Source: an uncultured Gammaproteobacteria bacterium
GTDB lineage: Bacteria; Patescibacteriota; Microgenomatia; Levybacterales; GWA1-39-11
Assembly (NCBI GenBank): GCA_964511305.1
Contig: CAZEEU010000002.1
Coordinates: 17,608-81,607, forward strand
Reading direction: 5' to 3'
DNA length: 64,000 bases
The notes beneath the pieces are model-generated. The model saw only the letters and a program-made list of their open reading frames with translations. It ran no database searches and had not been told where the DNA came from. The stretch's first letter is position 1, and the number at the start of each line of letters is the position of its first letter. This document shows positions 46,876 to 55,846 of the stretch, in pieces. Position numbers and translations under genes: made by a program.

Positions 46876-47327
46876 TAGATTTCGGAGCGTTTGAATTCAC
46901 TAATCTTAATATTCTCACCAAGTTTTGCGATTGCTTCTGTTACCAAATCATTTATAACCTTTGATCCGTCCCGAATGTATTCTTGCTTAAGAAGCGCATC
47001 TACATCTTTAGGATTCATTGCTGCAATTTGCATAGCAACTTCATGAGCCAGATGCTTAAATTCGTCTGTTCTTGCAACGAAATCTGTTTCACAAAGCACT
47101 GATACGAGTACTCCTACTTTTCCTGTTTGATGAACGTAGCTTTCAACGAGTCCTTGACCTGTCTCACGGTCAGACTTTTTAGCAGCTTTTTCAAAACCCT
47201 TTTTTCGAAGGATTTCTTCTGCCTTTTTCATATCTCCTTTTGCCTCATCAAGAGCCATTTTGCAATCTGCAAAACCTGCTTGGGTTTTTTCTCTTAAGTC
47301 TTTGATTTGTTGTGCTGAAATTGCCAT
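46875..47327 (-). CDS. tsf: elongation factor Ts (short form)
   Basis: N-terminal UBA-like MAISAQQIKDLREKTQAGFADCKMAL plus dimerisation core. Start placed at the MAIS Met, 1 nt after the rpsB stop. Confidence 0.85.
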   Translation of the reverse strand: MAISAQQIKDLREKTQAGFADCKMALDEAKGDMKKAEEILRKKGFEKAAKKSDRETGQGLVESYVHQTGKVGVLVSVLCETDFVARTDEFKHLAHEVAMQIAAMNPKDVDALLKQEYIRDGSKVINDLVTEAIAKLGENIKISEFKRSEI

Positions 47328-47328
47328 A

Positions 47329-48111
47329 TTATTTAGCCTTCTCCTCTGCAACCTTTGCTTTTCTTGTTTCTTCTGCTAATTTCTCGGCTGCTTTGTTGTC
47401 TACTTTTAATTTTTCCTTAGATCCTTCGATCCAAGCGTCAATTAAATATGTAGTAATAAGCTTGATTGATCCAACTGCATCATCATTTGCAGGAATTGAA
47501 AAATCAACTTCGGATGGATCTGCATTTGTGTCAGTTATACCGATTGTTTTAAGTCCAACTCTTGCAGCCTCTCTTACAGCTGTATTTTCTCCATGCGTAT
47601 CAATAATAAATACAGCATCAGGTGCTTGCTTGATAGTAAATAAACCTCCGTATATGTCTTTTAATTTTATTAGTTCTTTTTCAAAAATACCAACTTCTCT
47701 TTTTGTGTATCCACCACGATCTTCAGCAGTAACAATTTTCTCAAGATCAACAAGCTTTTTGAAATTTTTCTTTACTTCTTCAAAATTTGTAAAAATTCCA
47801 CCAATCCAACGAGAAATGATGTAATGAATCGTGTCTGGGGTTACTTCTCGGGCCCTTTCAACTTCTTCTTTAACGATTGCCTGAGCCTGTCTTTTTGTAC
47901 CTACGACAACAATGCTTCCGCCTTTTGCTGCAAGTTCTTTAACATATTCTGCAGCCGCAATAAGACCTTCCTGAGTTGCCTCAAGATTTATGATATTAAC
48001 TCCTCCGCGAGCTTCAAAAATATAGCGATTAGCTTTTGGGTTGCGTCTATTAACTTGATGTCCAAAATGACATCCAGCTTCCAATAATTCTTCTAGTGTA
48101 ATTTGTCTCAT
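47329..48111 (-). CDS. rpsB: 30S ribosomal protein S2
   Basis: MRQITLEELLEAGCHFGHQ...RWIGG signature. Confidence 0.95.
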   Translation of the reverse strand: MRQITLEELLEAGCHFGHQVNRRNPKANRYIFEARGGVNIINLEATQEGLIAAAEYVKELAAKGGSIVVVGTKRQAQAIVKEEVERAREVTPDTIHYIISRWIGGIFTNFEEVKKNFKKLVDLEKIVTAEDRGGYTKREVGIFEKELIKLKDIYGGLFTIKQAPDAVFIIDTHGENTAVREAARVGLKTIGITDTNADPSEVDFSIPANDDAVGSIKLITTYLIDAWIEGSKEKLKVDNKAAEKLAEETRKAKVAEEKAK

Positions 48112-48234
48112 TTATTTATTCCTTTTAAACCTCTGCTTCTGGGGGCGTTTTCAGCCAGGAAGTAATCCAGAGCATGTTGTTATGAAGGTAATTATATAGA
48201 ATTAAGCACAAAGAATCAAGTATTAAGAGTCCAT

Positions 48235-48615
48235 TCAGATTCTTGTAATATTTTTTGAACTTTTTAATAAGCCATTTATGATCTTATGAACCTCAATGGA
48301 CTTAGCATCAAGTTCCTGAAATACTTCTGAATTCATCAATCCTACGTCATGAGATATTTGTAATTGGCTTTGGAGCTCAGTTACAGAACCAAGTGAAACT
48401 GAATAGAACTGAGACTTATCCTTATAAGTTTTTCTGCTAAAACCTTCTGCTATGTTTGAGACTATAGAGACGACACACCTTCGCATTTGACTTGTTAACC
48501 CAAACTGTTCGATTGTGGGGAAATTTCTTGTAACCTCATAGATTCTAACGGCTAGAACGTGAGATTTTTTCCAAGCAAACAAATCTTCAAACGACTTAAT
48601 TTTTAAATTTTCCAT
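48235..48615 (-). CDS. four-helix-bundle protein (23S rRNA intervening-sequence protein family)
   Basis: F.AWKKSH.LA..IY..T..FP..E.FGLTSQMRR...SI..NIAEG pattern of PF05635/TIGR02436. Confidence 0.75.
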   Translation of the reverse strand: MENLKIKSFEDLFAWKKSHVLAVRIYEVTRNFPTIEQFGLTSQMRRCVVSIVSNIAEGFSRKTYKDKSQFYSVSLGSVTELQSQLQISHDVGLMNSEVFQELDAKSIEVHKIINGLLKSSKNITRI

Positions 48616-48716
48616 ACCTGTAAGTCAGTATAAAATCTTGTTATTAAATTATTCTGTACTTTTCTACTTAATACTTACTTCTTGATACTTTATTCTTTAT
48701 CCGTCTAAAATGAGTT

Positions 48717-49619
48717 ATGGCTAAGAATAAGCGTCGTGGCGGTGGATATGGTTTTACAGTTAGTCTTACCGGTCCCGGTACGATTTTTACCATTGGTTTT
48801 ATCACTGTCGCAATCGGCATGGGACTACTTCTTGCACGTGGGGTTGCCCCAAAAAATATGTACTCTGACCCTGGCCCTACTGGAGACCTTGAAGTTATCC
48901 CAGAACCCGCCGATCCGGAGCAAAAAGGTCTTCAACTTAAGACGCTTAAATTCAAAGAATGCGCAAGCACACTTACCATTGATCTACTTGTAGATAAATC
49001 TGATTCCATGAATCGACAAACTAGCTCTGGAGTTGCCAAAATTGCTAGACTTAGGGAAGCGATAAGAGAGCTTATAAGCAATGCGGGAGATGATTCAATA
49101 ATCGGAATCCAATCTTTCACAACTGGCGATATCACAAATGATGTTCCTATTGCCTATTACAAAGACAATAAGTCTACTATCCAGGCAAAAATTACTGCAA
49201 TTGGTGGAAGATCTTCAACTCCTACTTATGAAGCGCTTACGTTTTCCTACAATCATCTAAAAGAGTCTATTCCGAAATTCCCTGCTGATAGGAAGTTCAC
49301 TTTCATATTTATCTCCGATGGTGGTCCATGCCCCGGTTTTGCCTGTCCCGGCAATGCAGGAGCTGATCAAGACCCAAGAATATACAGCCCCAATCCAGCA
49401 GATCAGATCAAAGGATTAGGAGTCGAGGTTTATAGCCTTGGAATTTTCGCCCCAGATGAACGCCAATATGTTTTTCAGATGGAAACCTTGCTAAAAAGCA
49501 TAGCAAGCAAACCAGAAAACTATTTTGCTGCAGAATCAGCAGATGATGTCAAAAGACTTCTTACAACAATTACAAGCAGGCTTTGCACTGGAGGCCCAAC
49601 GCCAACACCGAAGATCTAA
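48717..49619 (+). CDS. membrane-anchored von Willebrand factor A (VWA) domain protein
   Basis: N-terminal TM, MIDAS motif DLLVDKSDSM, VWA fold, C-terminal Cys pair and PTPTP tail. Confidence 0.7.
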   Translation: MAKNKRRGGGYGFTVSLTGPGTIFTIGFITVAIGMGLLLARGVAPKNMYSDPGPTGDLEVIPEPADPEQKGLQLKTLKFKECASTLTIDLLVDKSDSMNRQTSSGVAKIARLREAIRELISNAGDDSIIGIQSFTTGDITNDVPIAYYKDNKSTIQAKITAIGGRSSTPTYEALTFSYNHLKESIPKFPADRKFTFIFISDGGPCPGFACPGNAGADQDPRIYSPNPADQIKGLGVEVYSLGIFAPDERQYVFQMETLLKSIASKPENYFAAESADDVKRLLTTITSRLCTGGPTPTPKI

Positions 49620-49676
49620 CATGAATAAAGAATGTAGAATAAAGAATGTAGAATTAAGAATTAAGAATTAAGCAAT

Positions 49677-50279
49677 ATGTTTTTATTTAAGAAAATCATT
49701 AAAAATGACCCCAATACATTATTCTCATCCCTTAATTCTTCACGGGGTCAGTCTTCTATATATATAGTGATAATTATAATGGTCATAATTTTTGCCGTAA
49801 TGTTTGTAGGTGGCGTAGAATCTCTATCATCCGGCAATGAGGCTTCCCCCGTCAGTATAACGCCATCCGCAGTAGCCGACTCAGGTTCAGCTTCCCCCTC
49901 CGCTGGCTCTGCCTCTCCTACCGCATCAACTTCTCCAACAGCGACTACCGCCCCGGCAACCTGGACTCTTGATGTTATACCTGGTGCGTGTGAAGGATTA
50001 ACTAAGGCTAAGTTCAAAAAGTTTCAGGTAGCCATTAATGGAAACTCCAAGGGCTACATTGCTGTTTCTCAACTAAAGGGAAGCTCTTATGAAGTTTATG
50101 GAACTAGTGAATTCTCACCTCCTCTACAGAATTATACGATGTCTCTACTATCTGACCTTCAATTCGATACAAAACCATGGAAAATAACTATATTTTCAGG
50201 TGGAACAAAAAATGGAGAAAATTGGGTGGGAGGATCAACACAAAAAATATATGACGGCCAACCAACGGGATGCAACTAG
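49677..50279 (+). CDS. membrane-anchored/secreted protein with Ser/Pro/Thr/Ala linker, hypothetical
   Basis: TM helix, SPSAGSASPTASTSPTATTAPA linker, ~110-aa C-terminal domain. Confidence 0.45.
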   Translation: MFLFKKIIKNDPNTLFSSLNSSRGQSSIYIVIIIMVIIFAVMFVGGVESLSSGNEASPVSITPSAVADSGSASPSAGSASPTASTSPTATTAPATWTLDVIPGACEGLTKAKFKKFQVAINGNSKGYIAVSQLKGSSYEVYGTSEFSPPLQNYTMSLLSDLQFDTKPWKITIFSGGTKNGENWVGGSTQKIYDGQPTGCN

Positions 50280-50323
50280 TGACTTGACATGATATATATA
50301 ATTGGTGCAAACTCAAAGTTAGC

Positions 50324-52015
50324 ATGAAATTATTAACAAAAATTAAAAAATTGCTGTTTTTCACCAGCATTTTAATCTTTGCATTATCTGGTCTGAGTTT
50401 TGTAGTATCCCCTAGACCAATAATTCCTGTTGCTCAAGCGGCGTGCCTAATTCCACCTCCAGTGTGCGTCCTTAATTTTTGCGTTGATTCTCCGTTGTGT
50501 GCTCTTGACACGGGTGATCTGAAAGATGCTGGTAAAGTTGCACTTTCACTTGCCGGAAAGGGATTCGGAGAAATTGATGATGTTCTTGCAAAAGTCGCTT
50601 CGCACGGCGGTGACGCTTGTTCAGTTGTTGTTAAACTAGCATCTGAACTTTCACCTGTTGATTTTGATAAGTTGGTTAAAAAATATGGGTGTGATAATAT
50701 TCCAGGTGGTGGTGGCGGTAGTAGTAGCGGTGGTGGCCAAGATGGATTTACCGGGTGTGAAACACCTATTATGACTGAGCGCGGTAGAGACTTCTGCGAA
50801 AGCTTCAGTAGCCATCAATGCTTTTGGTACTCAGGCTATTCCAGCGAATCTCCTAGTTGTAGAACAAATAGTGAAAATATGGATCCCAATCAATTGTGCC
50901 GAGATGGTGGGCATTGCTATATTGGACAGACTTGTCAGCCAGGCAATTATTGTTCATCTACTCCAGAGAGTCCATCAACCAGCCCAGCACCGACCAGTGG
51001 TGGTGGCTCGAGTGGAGGTACAGACACATGCACAGAGGTAGACAGAACAAAAGGTTTTGAGTGGAAATGTATGGATGGCTGCTCCGGGGGGTTCGATGAT
51101 ACCAAGAAGACGAATACTACACCGTTTCACCAATGCACTGCGGGACTAACCTGCTGCGTCAAAAAGACTGTGGCGATTGGCTCTGGCACAGGGACCGGTA
51201 CTGGAAGCACAACTCCTGCTCCAACACCAGCAACGCCAACTGAAATTGGATATTGCGGAGACTCTGTTCCAACATTAGGCACTTTGAAGCCAGTCAATGG
51301 GGCAACATGCGCAACCACTTCAACTGGTAATTTAAGATGGATAAAAAGGAGCACTGATTCATCAGGTTATGATAAATACTGTGATCGTCTAACCGGCCAA
51401 CAACAAGTATACTTCTACGAATGCGCTTCTGGCACGAGTGGTGGTGGATCAACAACACCAACTCCAACTACGACAGCTTCCCCTACCCCAACAACCTTTG
51501 TACCTATTTCTCAAGGTGGTGTGTGCAATCCCGTGCAAGGCCCATGGCAATGTCAGTCACCAAATGTATGTCTTACTGTCCCAGGTGAGGGTAGATGCTG
51601 CCCCGCAGGTACTCAATGGATAAATAATCAGTGCGTAACCCCCACTTCTACTCCAGCACCTACAACAACCCAGACACCTACTAACCCTACACCAATTTCA
51701 ACAGGAAGTACATGCAACGACTATATTCCAGCATCAAATATCCACCAAGTATGTAGAACTGGTGTAAATTCATGTATCGGCACCGAGGTTCAAAATACAG
51801 ATGGAAATAAAGCCTGTTCTGATTTCTACCAAAATACATCAACTTGCTGTCAATTACCTCCAAGCGCGGGACCAGCTGGAGGTTCATGTAATCTACCAGG
51901 AAGAACATGCAATCCTAGCTCAAATACTTCAACAGGAACAAATATTGCATGCACTGGATGCGGAGGATACTGCGTAGGATCAGGCACAACAGGATCCTGC
52001 CAAAATCCCTATTAA
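50324..52015 (+). CDS. large secreted Cys-rich modular protein (Gly/Ser/Thr linkers; 'YCGDS' module)
   Basis: Signal/TM N-terminus, more than 40 Cys in repeated modules separated by GGGSS/TGTGTG/PT linkers. The module IGYCGDSVPTLG recurs in the 56946 protein. Confidence 0.5.
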   Translation: MKLLTKIKKLLFFTSILIFALSGLSFVVSPRPIIPVAQAACLIPPPVCVLNFCVDSPLCALDTGDLKDAGKVALSLAGKGFGEIDDVLAKVASHGGDACSVVVKLASELSPVDFDKLVKKYGCDNIPGGGGGSSSGGGQDGFTGCETPIMTERGRDFCESFSSHQCFWYSGYSSESPSCRTNSENMDPNQLCRDGGHCYIGQTCQPGNYCSSTPESPSTSPAPTSGGGSSGGTDTCTEVDRTKGFEWKCMDGCSGGFDDTKKTNTTPFHQCTAGLTCCVKKTVAIGSGTGTGTGSTTPAPTPATPTEIGYCGDSVPTLGTLKPVNGATCATTSTGNLRWIKRSTDSSGYDKYCDRLTGQQQVYFYECASGTSGGGSTTPTPTTTASPTPTTFVPISQGGVCNPVQGPWQCQSPNVCLTVPGEGRCCPAGTQWINNQCVTPTSTPAPTTTQTPTNPTPISTGSTCNDYIPASNIHQVCRTGVNSCIGTEVQNTDGNKACSDFYQNTSTCCQLPPSAGPAGGSCNLPGRTCNPSSNTSTGTNIACTGCGGYCVGSGTTGSCQNPY

Positions 52016-52023
52016 GATTAAAC

Positions 52024-52668
52024 ATGGAAGAACAACTGCCCACAATACAACAGAGCCCAGAACAACCAAAAAAATCTGGAAATAAAAAGCTTCTCCTTTC
52101 TCTTGGGGGGATTGTTTTAATTTTAGCTATTATTCTTGTTACTTTCTTTGCACTCAAATCAACTTCAATAAAAGAAGAAAAGATAGCACCAAGCTCTGAA
52201 AGCCTTACAAATCCACTAAATATACAAGCTCTGCTAGGTTTTTCTACATTTAACTTGACGGCGGTTGATAAAAGATCCGAAACCGTTGACGTGACACTAG
52301 GAACAACAACTACGGCTGGTATTTCAGGTGGAACTATTGTTATCACCTATGACCCCTTTATGACAAATGACCTAAAGGTAAAACCAATAATTGGATCTAC
52401 CTCTCTTCTTCCAAACGCTATTTTCTCCGAGGTCAAATATAATCCCAACAATATAGTTATCACATTTTCTCTTCCCGAAGGATCTAATCCAGTTACGGGA
52501 TCGGGGAGAATTGCAGCTCTTACCTTTACACCTGTAGCTTACAATAAAACGGATAGATCTACTATATCTTTTGATCTAAAGCGCTCAGAGCTCTATACAA
52601 TAGAAAACGGACAGAAAAAAATATTAAGAGCTTCCCGAGCTGATCTTGATATAAAAATTCAGCCATAA
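52024..52668 (+). CDS. membrane-anchored cohesin-like domain protein
   Basis: TM anchor then a ~150-aa domain: TVDVTLGTTTTAGISGGTIVITYDPFMTNDLKV...GSGRIAALTFTPVAYNKTDRSTISF, matching the cohesin pattern (aG.q..l.YDp.vL ... G..a.itF). Start at the internal ATG 52024. Confidence 0.5.
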   Translation: MEEQLPTIQQSPEQPKKSGNKKLLLSLGGIVLILAIILVTFFALKSTSIKEEKIAPSSESLTNPLNIQALLGFSTFNLTAVDKRSETVDVTLGTTTTAGISGGTIVITYDPFMTNDLKVKPIIGSTSLLPNAIFSEVKYNPNNIVITFSLPEGSNPVTGSGRIAALTFTPVAYNKTDRSTISFDLKRSELYTIENGQKKILRASRADLDIKIQP

Positions 52669-52714
52669 CCTATCCCAAAGTCTATTTCCTCGAATTTATG
52701 GCATACTTATAGAT

Positions 52715-53698
52715 ATGAAGAGTCAAGGATTTATTAATATCGTCATTCCCATCCTTATTCTTGTAACCGCTTTTGCCTTTATGCTTACAAGTGGCAAGAT
52801 GTTCAATATCTCAACCACTAATCCAAATGAAAAATACGAAAGTCCAGTCACTTCCGGAGACTCACAGAAAAAAAATCTTCAATTAAAAAAACTCACTTTT
52901 AAGCCAAAGCCCACTCCCGTTGGGGACGCGTGCAATCATGATATGTCAAAAAAGGTTGACCCAAATGTATGCACCAATTGCATTGCGTGGCTTGTCTACT
53001 GTAAAGATAACGCATGTGTTGATGTTGATACCACTAAATCGAAAATGCCAGGAGACAAAACAACCGTATGCCCAGAGTTTGAAAATTCGGGGTGGTGCAG
53101 AACTCTTGCCATGGAGGGAGACGGATGGTACTGCATAGGCAAGCCAGTAATATACCTCTACCCCACAGTCCCCACCCTTGTTAACGTCAAAATCAGAACA
53201 GAAGGCGCTGTTGTTGTAAGCGATCCCCAAATAGAAAAAGAGAATGGATGGACAAATGTCATGGCTCACCCAAATGGAATACTTTTCTACAACGATCAAC
53301 CATTCCGTGAATTGTTCTACGAGTCGGAGGCGCAAAATGTGAGTCAGCCGAAGGCCGGATTTGTTTTTAAAAAAGAAAATCTTAAAAAGGAATTAACTGA
53401 CTTCATAGAAAAATTAGGTTTAACACGTGAGGATGAAAAGGATGAATTCCTTGAGTGGTGGCTTCCCCGCTTGGAGGCATTTGAGTCTCCATATTGGTTT
53501 GTTTCAATTCTAGAAAAAGATGAAAAAAGACGTATTGATGAAGTGACAATATCTCCCAAGCCCGATACATTTATCGAGTTTATCGCGTATTTCAAGCCAC
53601 TTGAAAATGCTGAAGAAGTTGAAAAATTGATTCTTCCTCCTACTCCACAACGAAAAGGCTTTACAGCCGTCGAATGGGGAGGGGTTATTGGTAAATAA
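52715..53698 (+). CDS. membrane-anchored/secreted protein, hypothetical (shares LQLKxLxFK motif with the VWA protein)
   Basis: TM helix, then KNLQLKKLTFK (compare KGLQLKTLKFK in the 48717 protein), then a Cys-rich region and a ~200-aa domain. Confidence 0.45.
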   Translation: MKSQGFINIVIPILILVTAFAFMLTSGKMFNISTTNPNEKYESPVTSGDSQKKNLQLKKLTFKPKPTPVGDACNHDMSKKVDPNVCTNCIAWLVYCKDNACVDVDTTKSKMPGDKTTVCPEFENSGWCRTLAMEGDGWYCIGKPVIYLYPTVPTLVNVKIRTEGAVVVSDPQIEKENGWTNVMAHPNGILFYNDQPFRELFYESEAQNVSQPKAGFVFKKENLKKELTDFIEKLGLTREDEKDEFLEWWLPRLEAFESPYWFVSILEKDEKRRIDEVTISPKPDTFIEFIAYFKPLENAEEVEKLILPPTPQRKGFTAVEWGGVIGK

Positions 53699-53710
53699 GC
53701 GAAGCTTGCC

Positions 53711-53727
53711 CTTTTGGCAAAGGGTGA
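53711..53727. terminator. hairpin CCCTTTtggcAAAGGG immediately after stop of 52715..53698
   Basis: Inverted repeat read from the sequence, within a GC-rich ~100-bp segment between convergent genes. No downstream T-tract, hence low confidence. Confidence 0.3.
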
Positions 53728-53801
53728 CACCGACCCTCCTCTTCTGGGCGCTGCCATGCAATGGCGAGTACTCTTGGGGTGGAGGGGTTATTGGAAGATA
53801 G

Positions 53802-54392
53802 CTACTGAAGACTAGCAAGCATTGCATCATACTGAGCCTCAATCACTGGATCTTTATCCCCTACATATGACAGCTGTAATCTTATAATTGAATACCCTTT
53901 TTGAAATAAAGCAACTTTCTCGTGAAGACGCAGAACTGAATTGCCACCTTTATAATAATAGCCAGGCATATCGCTACGCGCTATCTCTTTACTTTCGTAT
54001 TTGGCACTCTGGTAGGGTTTTGATAAGTCCTCAATTGTGTTATTTTGACGGGAAAAAACAACCACGCTTATCTCTTTTGTTGACGGGCTTACAAAGCGTA
54101 TGTATTCGGAAATGCCTTCGTTTGGTATTACACTTACAACCTGAAAGCTTTCAGGGTAAGCAATTGAAAAAATTTCAGAATTGTATCTTACCGACGTGAT
54201 ACTACCTTCCTGCGTTTTGACAATGCCTGGACTGGCATTTGTAGGTGCTGGAGTTATATTGGATTTGCCGGCCACACTAACGTTGTCAGCATTTCGCAAG
54301 GACACTATTGCAAATGTCGTAAGTCCTAGACATCCCACCACTATAATAACCGCCATTTTTTTCCATCCAAGCTTCTCTACTAGTTGTTCCAT
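53802..54392 (-). CDS. membrane-anchored protein, hypothetical
   Basis: N-terminal TM then a ~160-aa extracytoplasmic domain. No motif. Confidence 0.45.
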   Translation of the reverse strand: MEQLVEKLGWKKMAVIIVVGCLGLTTFAIVSLRNADNVSVAGKSNITPAPTNASPGIVKTQEGSITSVRYNSEIFSIAYPESFQVVSVIPNEGISEYIRFVSPSTKEISVVVFSRQNNTIEDLSKPYQSAKYESKEIARSDMPGYYYKGGNSVLRLHEKVALFQKGYSIIRLQLSYVGDKDPVIEAQYDAMLASLQ

Positions 54393-54461
54393 ATATTTAA
54401 ATATTATCAGATTTTCTTAATTCTTGATTCTTAATTCTTAATTCTATATACTCGTGACAAG

Positions 54462-55778
54462 ATGCTAAGCCAACAAGATCCAGAAGTTTATGCCATACTC
54501 CAAAAAGAAGACAAGAGACAGCGGGATACTCTAACGCTTATACCTTCAGAAAATTACGCCTCCCTTGAAGTGAGATCCACCCTCGCGTCAGTATTTACAA
54601 ATAAATATTCAGAAGGATATTCAAAGAAAAGATATTATCAGGGAAATGCCAATGCTGATGACATAGAAATGCTAGCAATGGAGCGAGCAAAAAAATTATT
54701 TGGCGTTCCTTTTGTAAATGTCCAACCTTATTCAGGAAGTCCGGCAAATACGGCAGTCTATTTTGCACTACTCGAACCTCTAAAAAGCAAAATTATGGGA
54801 CTTGCTCTGTCATCTGGAGGACATCTAACTCATGGGTCACCTGTTAGCTTTTCTGGCAAATATTTTAAAACTGTCAGCTTTCCTGTAACTCGCGACGGAA
54901 TCCTTGATATGGATGAAATAGAGAAATTGGCCATAAAAGAAAAACCGCAGATCATTGTATGTGGATTCACTGCATACCCACGAATTATTGATTTTGAAAG
55001 ATTTGGCAAGATTGCTGATAAGTGTGGGGCTTATTTACTTGCTGATGTGTCCCATATTGCTGGTCTTATTGCTGGAGGCGCTCATCCTTCACCCGCAAAT
55101 CACGCCCATATCATTATGACTACAACTCACAAATCTCTTCGCGGACCCCGAGGAGCAATGCTTATGGTAACTGAAAAAGGTATTCAAAAAGATCCAGATC
55201 TTCCAGAAAAAATAAATAAGGCGGTTTTTCCAGGCCTCCAAGGAGGACCTCACGATAACCAGACAGCAGCAATCGCTGTTGCGTTAAAAGAAGCCATGAG
55301 CCCGGAATTTAAAAAATATGCTCATCAAATAGTTAAAAACGCGAAAGTTCTTGCTGATGTTCTACTAGCAAATGGCTTTCGTCTTACAACAGGTGGCACG
55401 GAAAATCATTTAATTGTTATAGACACCATGTCAAAAGGGGTTAATGGAGCACTCGCCTCTTACGCTCTGGAGCTTGGGGGGATAATTACCAATAAAAATA
55501 CTATTCCGTATGACACACTTCCCCCTTTCTATCCGTCAGGTGTAAGAATTGGAACTCCTGGAAGTGCCACTCGGGGCATGAAGGAAAAAGAAATGAAGAT
55601 TCTAGGACAATGGATTGCTGATATTATCAAGGAATGCGAAGGAAATGTATTACCGGAGATAAAAGAAGAACGCGGACCTTTCTTTAAGAATTTTAAGAAA
55701 GAAATAGCTGAAAATAAAAAAATCAAAAAAATTGCTCTTGAAGTTAAAAGAACACTCAAAGAATTCCCGCTTCCCTAA
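54462..55778 (+). CDS. glyA: serine hydroxymethyltransferase
   Basis: SHMT signature ...SGGHLTHGSPVSFSGKYF... and PLP-lysine region TTTHKSLRGPRG. Confidence 0.95.
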   Translation: MLSQQDPEVYAILQKEDKRQRDTLTLIPSENYASLEVRSTLASVFTNKYSEGYSKKRYYQGNANADDIEMLAMERAKKLFGVPFVNVQPYSGSPANTAVYFALLEPLKSKIMGLALSSGGHLTHGSPVSFSGKYFKTVSFPVTRDGILDMDEIEKLAIKEKPQIIVCGFTAYPRIIDFERFGKIADKCGAYLLADVSHIAGLIAGGAHPSPANHAHIIMTTTHKSLRGPRGAMLMVTEKGIQKDPDLPEKINKAVFPGLQGGPHDNQTAAIAVALKEAMSPEFKKYAHQIVKNAKVLADVLLANGFRLTTGGTENHLIVIDTMSKGVNGALASYALELGGIITNKNTIPYDTLPPFYPSGVRIGTPGSATRGMKEKEMKILGQWIADIIKECEGNVLPEIKEERGPFFKNFKKEIAENKKIKKIALEVKRTLKEFPLP

Positions 55779-55846
55779 AAAACGCGCTTCTTATTGACAC
55801 TCAAGTCTATCTTCACTACTATGTAAATAGTTGGCCTTATATAGAT

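Noticed and set aside
53716-53730. Possible third copy of the TIR-bounded element (shared GGGTGACAC 9-mer).
   Set aside because: Similarity does not extend beyond 9 nt. The surrounding sequence and length differ, so I treat it as a separate GC-rich hairpin region.
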